Shown here piece by piece: positions 47,966-53,822 of a DNA stretch of 53,822 nt. The notes under the pieces were generated by a model, which worked only from the letters and a program-made list of their open reading frames with translations, searched no databases and was not told the DNA's origin. Source of the stretch: a virus (taxonomy: Duplodnaviria; Heunggongvirae; Uroviricota; Caudoviricetes); IMG/VR virus record IMGVR_UViG_3300021256_000058, positions 1-53,822 of that record; one strand, 5' to 3'. Within the stretch, counting starts at the first letter, position 1. Each line of letters begins with the position of its first letter. Position numbers and translations under genes: made by a program.

Positions 47966-48328
47966 TTAGGCAAGAGAGAAGTAAGCCCTTCTCTTGTCCT
48001 CGGTACGGGTCACAATTCCGGCTTCCACCATCTGCCGGAGCAGAGCAGAAACACGCTGATTGGACAGCTCGGCACACTCGGCAACCGACTTCTGAATGTC
48101 GGTCACAGTGTAGAGGACACCGGACTCCATGCCCTCGGCAATAGCCGACTTGATACCCTCATTGGCGATCTGGACGGCAGTGGGCTTCTTTTCGCCCTTG
48201 TTCTTCTTGTCAAGCTGGGCAACACGAGAATCCACGAACTCGACAAGCTCGGTCTTGCCCTGTGCATCAAGGATAGCACGGATTTCGGCAAAGTAATCAC
48301 GCTGGGTCATCTTTTTGGTGTTAGTCAT
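47966..48328 (-). CDS. Small basic winged-HTH-like protein, family A
   Basis: MTNTKKMTQRDYF...KKPTAVQIANEGIK...LSNQRVSALLRQMVE...RAYFSLA. Confidence 0.8.
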   Translation of the reverse strand: MTNTKKMTQRDYFAEIRAILDAQGKTELVEFVDSRVAQLDKKNKGEKKPTAVQIANEGIKSAIAEGMESGVLYTVTDIQKSVAECAELSNQRVSALLRQMVEAGIVTRTEDKRRAYFSLA

Positions 48329-48785
48329 AGTAGCACACTCTCTTTCTTGCGTTCGGTCGCAACCCTTAATTTTTTTGTTCCTCTCTCTTGAGGACATCCT
48401 TATTATAGCAGATTCGGAGCGATTTGTCAAGAGGTTTTTTTCTTTTTTCAAGATTTTTTTTACCGCCTTGCGGCTCGCTCTCTCTCTTGCTTACATGAAG
48501 ATTATACCACAGAAGAAGAGGCTTGTCAAGAGGTTTTTCAACTTTTTTTTGAAGAAGTTTTTGTAACCTCTCTTTAACTTACAAATAAATTATAACATTT
48601 TTTTTAAAAAAAATCAATAGGCAAAATCAACAAAAATGGGAAAATTATTTTTTAAAAATTTGTGCAAATTGCCAATTGACTTTTTTCGGCGGGTATGTTA
48701 TAATGGAAATTCTGGCCGGGCACGCTGGTGCGCGGCCAGCCCAAAAAAAAGACGCCCCCGAAGGGGCGCCCAATAGGGGCGAGGA

Positions 48786-49133
48786 TCACGCAAGGGAGAA
48801 GTACGCCTTGCGCTTGTCCTCAGTGCGGACGACCGCACCGGACTCCACGAGCTGACGCAGGAGAGCCGAGACCCTCTGGTTGGACAGCTCACCGCACTCC
48901 GGGACACCCTTCTGGATGTCGGTCACGGTGTACAGGGTGTTAGGGGTCATGCCGTCAAGGATGGCGGTCTTGATACCCTCATTCGCCACCTGCACGGCGG
49001 TCGGCTTGCGCTCGGCGGTGTTCTTCCGGTCGAGCAGCTCCAGCTCATGCAGGACGAAGTCACGGTCAACATCGGCAACGTAGGAGAGGATGGAGTTGAA
49101 GTGGTCACGCTTGGTCATCTTGGTGTTAGTCAT
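48786..49133 (-). CDS. Small basic winged-HTH-like protein, family A
   Basis: C-terminal half nearly identical to 47966 and 49726. Confidence 0.8.
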   Translation of the reverse strand: MTNTKMTKRDHFNSILSYVADVDRDFVLHELELLDRKNTAERKPTAVQVANEGIKTAILDGMTPNTLYTVTDIQKGVPECGELSNQRVSALLRQLVESGAVVRTEDKRKAYFSLA

Positions 49134-49725
49134 AGTATCAATCCCTTTCTGGTTTGTAGGGTGTCCTTCCCTTTGATGTATTTATTATACCATAGGTTTG
49201 GGAGTTTGTCAAGAGTTTTTTTCGGCTTTTCCGAGAAATTTTTCAAGGCGCTCACTTGGCTCTTGCCTTGTCCCTCTTCCTTAGTACACTTGGATTATAC
49301 CACACTTTGTGGGGTTTGTCAAGAGGTTTTTTCAAATTTCTTTGAAAAATTTTTCGGCTATGTGGAGCGCTTACACATCAATTGAGGTGAGTCAGTTTTC
49401 ACCACCGCCTCTTGACTATTTAATTATACCACACTTTGTGGGGTTTGTCAAGAGATTTTTTTCTTTTTTCAAGAATTTTTTTTGAGCTGTTGTTTTGCTC
49501 TCTCTCTTAACTTACAAATAAATTATACACTATTTTTTCTAAAATTACAATAGGCAAAATAGACAAAAATGGGAAAAATAATCGGTGAAAATTTGTGTGA
49601 TTTTTCTCTTGACAAATTGCGATGGGTATGTTATAATGAAAATTCGCCCCGGCGCGACCGGCGGCGGGGCGTCCAAAAAAAACTCCCCCAAAAGTGGGGG
49701 AGTAGTGGGGGATTTTGCCCGAGGC

Positions 49726-50088
49726 TCAGGCAAGGCTGAAATAAGCCTTGCGCTTGTCCTCGGTACGCACCACCTGGCCAGCCTCGACAAGCTGACGAAG
49801 CAGGGCGCTCACACGCTGGTTGCTCAGCTCAGCGCAGGCAGGGACGGACTTCTGAATGTCCGTGACCGTGTACAGCGTACCCGGGGTCATGGCCTCGACG
49901 ATCTCGGCCTTGATGCCCTCGTTGGCAACCTGCACAGCCGTGGGCTTCTTCTCAGCCGCATTCTTCTTGGACAGCAGCTCGACCTCGTGGTCGATGAAAG
50001 CCACCAGAGCCGGATTCTCGGCAACCTCGGGGATAGCACGCAGGACGGCAAAATACTCACGCTTGGTCATCTTTTTCTCGTTCATCAT
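49726..50088 (-). CDS. Small basic winged-HTH-like protein, family A
   Basis: C-terminal half nearly identical to 47966 and 48786. Confidence 0.8.
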   Translation of the reverse strand: MMNEKKMTKREYFAVLRAIPEVAENPALVAFIDHEVELLSKKNAAEKKPTAVQVANEGIKAEIVEAMTPGTLYTVTDIQKSVPACAELSNQRVSALLRQLVEAGQVVRTEDKRKAYFSLA

Positions 50089-50574
50089 AGTAGCACACTC
50101 ACTTTCTGACGTAGGTCGTCACCCAAATTTTAATTTATTTAATCAGGAGACTTTGTATCTCTCTTGATTACGTATTTATTATACCACAGGATTTTTGATT
50201 TGTCAAGCATTTTTTTTCTTTTTTTTATTTTTTTTCTTGACTCGCTTTGTGGTATCTCTCTCATTTACAAATAAATTATAACATAAATTTCTTTATTTGT
50301 CAATGACTTTTTTTTGTAACTTTTGTAACCACTTTGAAAGGAACGGCTCAACGGCTCTGTTGTTTTCTCTCTCTCTTGATTACAATAATAGTATACCATA
50401 AATTTTTTAAAAAAACAATAGGCAAAATACACAAAAATCGGGATTTTAATTCCTTAAAATTTGTACAACTTTTCTCTTGACAAAAATGCTGCGGTGTGGT
50501 ATAATGGAAAATTCGCCCCGGCACGCGCGTGCCCGGGGCGCCGAATAATTATGCACAAAAATGAATAAACCCCA

Positions 50575-50925
50575 TCAGCTCCGAGGAGCTGACAGGGTGA
50601 TTTTGAACTTGCGACCGCCGACCGTGAACACGGCTTCCCTCTCGGGGTTCGTGAGTTCGATCTGCTCGGCCTGTCCGTCCAGTGCGGACACCAGAAGGGC
50701 CATGATTTCAGCCTTTGCGTTGTCGCTCTTGCGCTCCCTCTTGACAGGGGCGGTCACGACTTTGCGGTCAGCCCTTGCGGACTTCTTCGCCACGGCCTTC
50801 TGTTCGGCGCTCAGTTCAAAGAGTTTCGCGCCCTTGTCGATTGCCTTGTCATCGGCAATCACTTGAAGCGCTTCGGCTTCGCTGATGCCCAGATTTTTCA
50901 TCAGCTTCGCTACCTGCTCAGTCAT
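50575..50925 (-). CDS. Small protein, family B
   Basis: Paralog of 47521-47901. Confidence 0.8.
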   Translation of the reverse strand: MTEQVAKLMKNLGISEAEALQVIADDKAIDKGAKLFELSAEQKAVAKKSARADRKVVTAPVKRERKSDNAKAEIMALLVSALDGQAEQIELTNPEREAVFTVGGRKFKITLSAPRS

Positions 50926-51008
50926 TTTAGCACCACCTTTTTAAGATTTGGGGGAGTGGGTCTCCCCCCCTCAGTTCTCTTGTATTGTACCACACTTGGC
51001 CGCCCTTG

Positions 51009-51692
51009 TCAAGTGTTTTCGTACAATTTTTTACGCATTTTTTTGTGCTGTCTGAAGCAGTAAGCAAGGATTTTTGCTTCAATGGTTACATCTTCCAGAC
51101 CGGTGTGAGATTCAACAAAACTGTCATCTTTTGAAATAAATCTGTAAAGAATTTCGGCGGTCTTGCGAACCTGATTATTTTTGGTCATGTAGCCGTTAAC
51201 CTTGCAAAACTTTTTGTAGGTGGGCATTTTGCAAATCACATCGCCCGCCATTTTCATGGTATCCCAAATTTCTACACCGTAGGGGAACCAGTAGCGAAAA
51301 GCCGATTTAGAGAAGTAACGGCGGGTAGAGTTGAGAGCGTTCACATCAAAACGGGCATTGTGAGCCGCCACAATGTTAATCCCGTGACGAACCATGCACT
51401 CCAACATTTTGGTGCGGATGGTTTCGGTAGAAGCAACCACGCGCTGCTTTGCCCAAATGTCACGCCAGTAGTTAGGAATCTTTTCCGCATAGTAGGCGCT
51501 GGACATTACATCTTTCATGCCCATGAACACATCCGCATTGACGTAGCTTGCTTCCTCATAGACGTTGCCGTCAGTGTCCACGACCTGCCATCCACAATCA
51601 TACACCAGAGCGTTAGAGGTGTCAAGCTGTCCGCTGATAGCGAAAGTGTTAGCAGTTTCAGTGTCAAGAACCAGAATTTTGCGCTTAGCCAT
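51009..51692 (-). CDS. DEDDh 3'-5' exonuclease
   Basis: VLDTET, AHNARFD, DTM, HTGLED. Confidence 0.9.
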   Translation of the reverse strand: MAKRKILVLDTETANTFAISGQLDTSNALVYDCGWQVVDTDGNVYEEASYVNADVFMGMKDVMSSAYYAEKIPNYWRDIWAKQRVVASTETIRTKMLECMVRHGINIVAAHNARFDVNALNSTRRYFSKSAFRYWFPYGVEIWDTMKMAGDVICKMPTYKKFCKVNGYMTKNNQVRKTAEILYRFISKDDSFVESHTGLEDVTIEAKILAYCFRQHKKMRKKLYENT

Positions 51693-52057
51693 AATTTTAA
51701 TCTCCTTTTCTGTTGGGGCTTACCATCGTTTCCCTCAACCTTGTGACTTGATTATAGCACATCTTTTGGCAGTTGTCAAGCCTTTTTTTTCGATTTTTTT
51801 AGAATTTTTTTTGGGTGGCCACCCTGCGTTTCGGCGCATTTAACGGCAGCGCCTGCGGTCTCTCTCCGTCACACTTTGGGCATCGAGGGGTAAGTTTTAC
51901 GTCCCTCTCCCCTTGGGACAATTGTATTGTACCACAGATTGCGGGAAATTGCAAGATGGCAAATTGCACAAAATTTGCCGCCGAAAAAAGCTGAAATTGG
52001 TTATTTTGCACAAAAACCGGCGCCCACACCCGTGGGCGCGCGGCCGAAAAAATGAAG

Positions 52058-52246
52058 TCACCAAAATTTGGTGACTTCACCATTATAGATTAAATTTTCG
52101 TAAGCACTTACTAAAAGTTTGATGTTGAGTTTTTGACCATTTGAGAAGAAAACAACATTGTTTTCGATTTTCTCAATACAAACTGAATACTTGTATTCAG
52201 TCGCATTAAGGAAGTAAAGAGCTTTCGTCAAGTCTTCAATCCACAT
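52058..52246 (-). CDS. Small hypothetical protein
   Basis: ORF track, GAGGTG SD. Confidence 0.55.
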   Translation of the reverse strand: MWIEDLTKALYFLNATEYKYSVCIEKIENNVVFFSNGQKLNIKLLVSAYENLIYNGEVTKFW

Positions 52247-52247
52247 T

Positions 52248-52433
52248 TCAAATCACCTCAATCAATGTGATTACAGCACCATCGTATTTTTCGGCAAGTG
52301 CTTTTTCATTCTTGATTCTTACTTGCTCGGCTTCTTGCGCATCCTGTACCCACCGGCGAAAAGAACCAGTCACCAGGGCACCCGTCCAGGGTTCATAAAT
52401 TTCAATGTAATAAACTGCTGTCATTAATAGCAC
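52248..52433 (-). CDS. Small hypothetical protein
   Basis: ORF track, promoter upstream. Confidence 0.55.
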   Translation of the reverse strand: MLLMTAVYYIEIYEPWTGALVTGSFRRWVQDAQEAEQVRIKNEKALAEKYDGAVITLIEVI

Positions 52434-52491
52434 GACCTTTCTTGATTGTGCCTAAATTATACCACACTTTTTTGATCCTGTCAAGGGGTTT

Positions 52492-52923
52492 TTAGAACCC
52501 CTTGAGAATTTCAATGATGTTTTGCACATCATAGGCAGTACCCGCCCAGTCATCACGGTTTTTCTGTTCATCATCAAAAAGCACGTCAGAACCAGAAGAA
52601 AAGATTGCTTTCGGTGTTCCGTAGGGAACAACGTGGATTTCATCGAAATGCACTGACGGCAGATGCTCCGCAAGCCACTTGTATTTGGTGGCGGTCACGG
52701 TCGCATTGTAAGACAGCGAACCAGAGCGAGAGAGCCACGAAATCACGCCGATTTTGTATCCCTTGTGCTGAAGCTCATTGAGCTTTCTTGCAAGAGTAGA
52801 GAGCCGAACCAGCGGCTTTGCAACAGCGTAGGGGGTGGGGTCTTCCGCAATCAGCATTTCAAGCCAACCATCCACGCCATACAGATCAGCAATCGTTCCA
52901 TCCATGTCAAACCAAATCGTCAT
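52492..52923 (-). CDS. HAD-superfamily phosphatase (5'(3')-nucleotidase-like)
   Basis: WFDMDGTIAD, K..WL, LFDD. Confidence 0.85.
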   Translation of the reverse strand: MTIWFDMDGTIADLYGVDGWLEMLIAEDPTPYAVAKPLVRLSTLARKLNELQHKGYKIGVISWLSRSGSLSYNATVTATKYKWLAEHLPSVHFDEIHVVPYGTPKAIFSSGSDVLFDDEQKNRDDWAGTAYDVQNIIEILKGF

Positions 52924-52985
52924 TTTTTGTATCTCCTTTCCTTTTGTGACTTAATTATACCATAGGGCTTGGCTTTTGTCAAGCC

Positions 52986-53270
52986 CTAATTTAAATTTTT
53001 CTGAGAATTTTTTTTCACGGTCTGAAGCAGGTTTCTTGGGGGCTTCCCGTCAAAAACAAAATAGGCGTCATTTACATTGGCAACAAATGCGGTAACAAGT
53101 ACATTTTGCTTTGTGTGAACCCAAATTACACCCGTATCTGTGATTGACTTAATTCTCCCATGGTCTTCCCTTGACTGCACAATCTCACCGAAGCCGATTG
53201 TTGTAGCGATGCGGACAAGCCTTTCTTCCCTGTCAACAACCGCGTGCTTTGAGCCGACAAACTTTTCCAT
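52986..53270 (-). CDS. Hypothetical protein ending at TAG (would extend to TGA at 52920 if TAG is read)
   Basis: MEKFVGSKHA... with AAGGAG SD. Confidence 0.65.
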   Translation of the reverse strand: MEKFVGSKHAVVDREERLVRIATTIGFGEIVQSREDHGRIKSITDTGVIWVHTKQNVLVTAFVANVNDAYFVFDGKPPRNLLQTVKKNSQKNLN

Positions 53271-53822
53271 TTCTGTAATCTCCTTTTCTCTTGGTTTCTG
53301 GATACAGTATACACCTATTTCGGGCATCTGTCAAGTTGGCAAAATGCACAAAATTTGCGGCTCAAAAATACTGATTATTGTTTATTGTGTAAAAACCGGC
53401 GCCCGCGACCGTGGGCGCGCGGCCAAAAAAGCGCCCCCGCAGGCGCTTAGAAGTAGCGGTTGCGGGGGTCGTCCCATGGGTCAATTCTGTTGTCGAGGTC
53501 GGGCTTATCAAGCTCCTTCAAGCATCGGCAGGCGAACCACACACCGAGCACCACCGCAAGCACCAGAAGCACACCCCAAGAAACCGGATTATCATACATT
53601 GTTTTTATTCCCCTTTCTTTTTCTTTGTGTAATAATTATAACATAATAAATAATTATTGTCAACTACATTATGTAAACAATCAGATTACAAAAAAATTGC
53701 GGGGCTTACCAATCGGCATAGCCCTGCATGTCGTTCCAGATGTCAACCGCAGTCTCGAACATGTCACACGCCACTTTTTCGGTGATCGGCCCAAACTCGG
53801 CCACGTACTCGTTGAACGTGTT

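Overview
This is a 54 kb segment of a large bacteriophage genome. The host is probably a low-GC Firmicute, inferred from the Shine-Dalgarno sites and sigma-A type promoters. Almost everything is on the minus strand. The phage recodes TAG, most likely to Gln (translation table 15): many ORFs that look broken in the supplied track join through in-frame TAGs into full-length proteins (YcaO, a radical SAM enzyme, a papain-like protease, a DUF6291-HTH protein), and an intact tRNA with a CUA anticodon is present. Layout: (1) 1-1.1 kb, RNA-repair-type genes. (2) 1.3-10.1 kb, an AT-rich RiPP-like operon (two U32-like proteins, a Ser/Asn/Gly pentapeptide-repeat protein, two radical SAM enzymes, a GT2 and YcaO). 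(3) 10.2-11.8 kb, a DUF2828 Ro/TROVE-like vWA gene. (4) 12.7-28.3 kb, an RNA-gene array with 33 intact tRNAs covering all 20 amino acids plus amber, interleaved with about ten Y-RNA-like elements that share an ACAGCAA handle and carry tRNA fragments or circularly permuted tRNAs. The array also holds a mimic of the 23S rRNA L11-binding region directly upstream of two amber suppressor tRNAs, one of which is split by a nested tRNA-Ala-like insert. (5) 28-44 kb, accessory genes, many with their own promoter. (6) 44.4-45.9 kb, a probable replication origin. (7) 46-54 kb, a promoter-dense early-type region with paralogous small proteins. All calls were made by eye without database searches. Family assignments rest on motifs, and ends may be off by a few bases.
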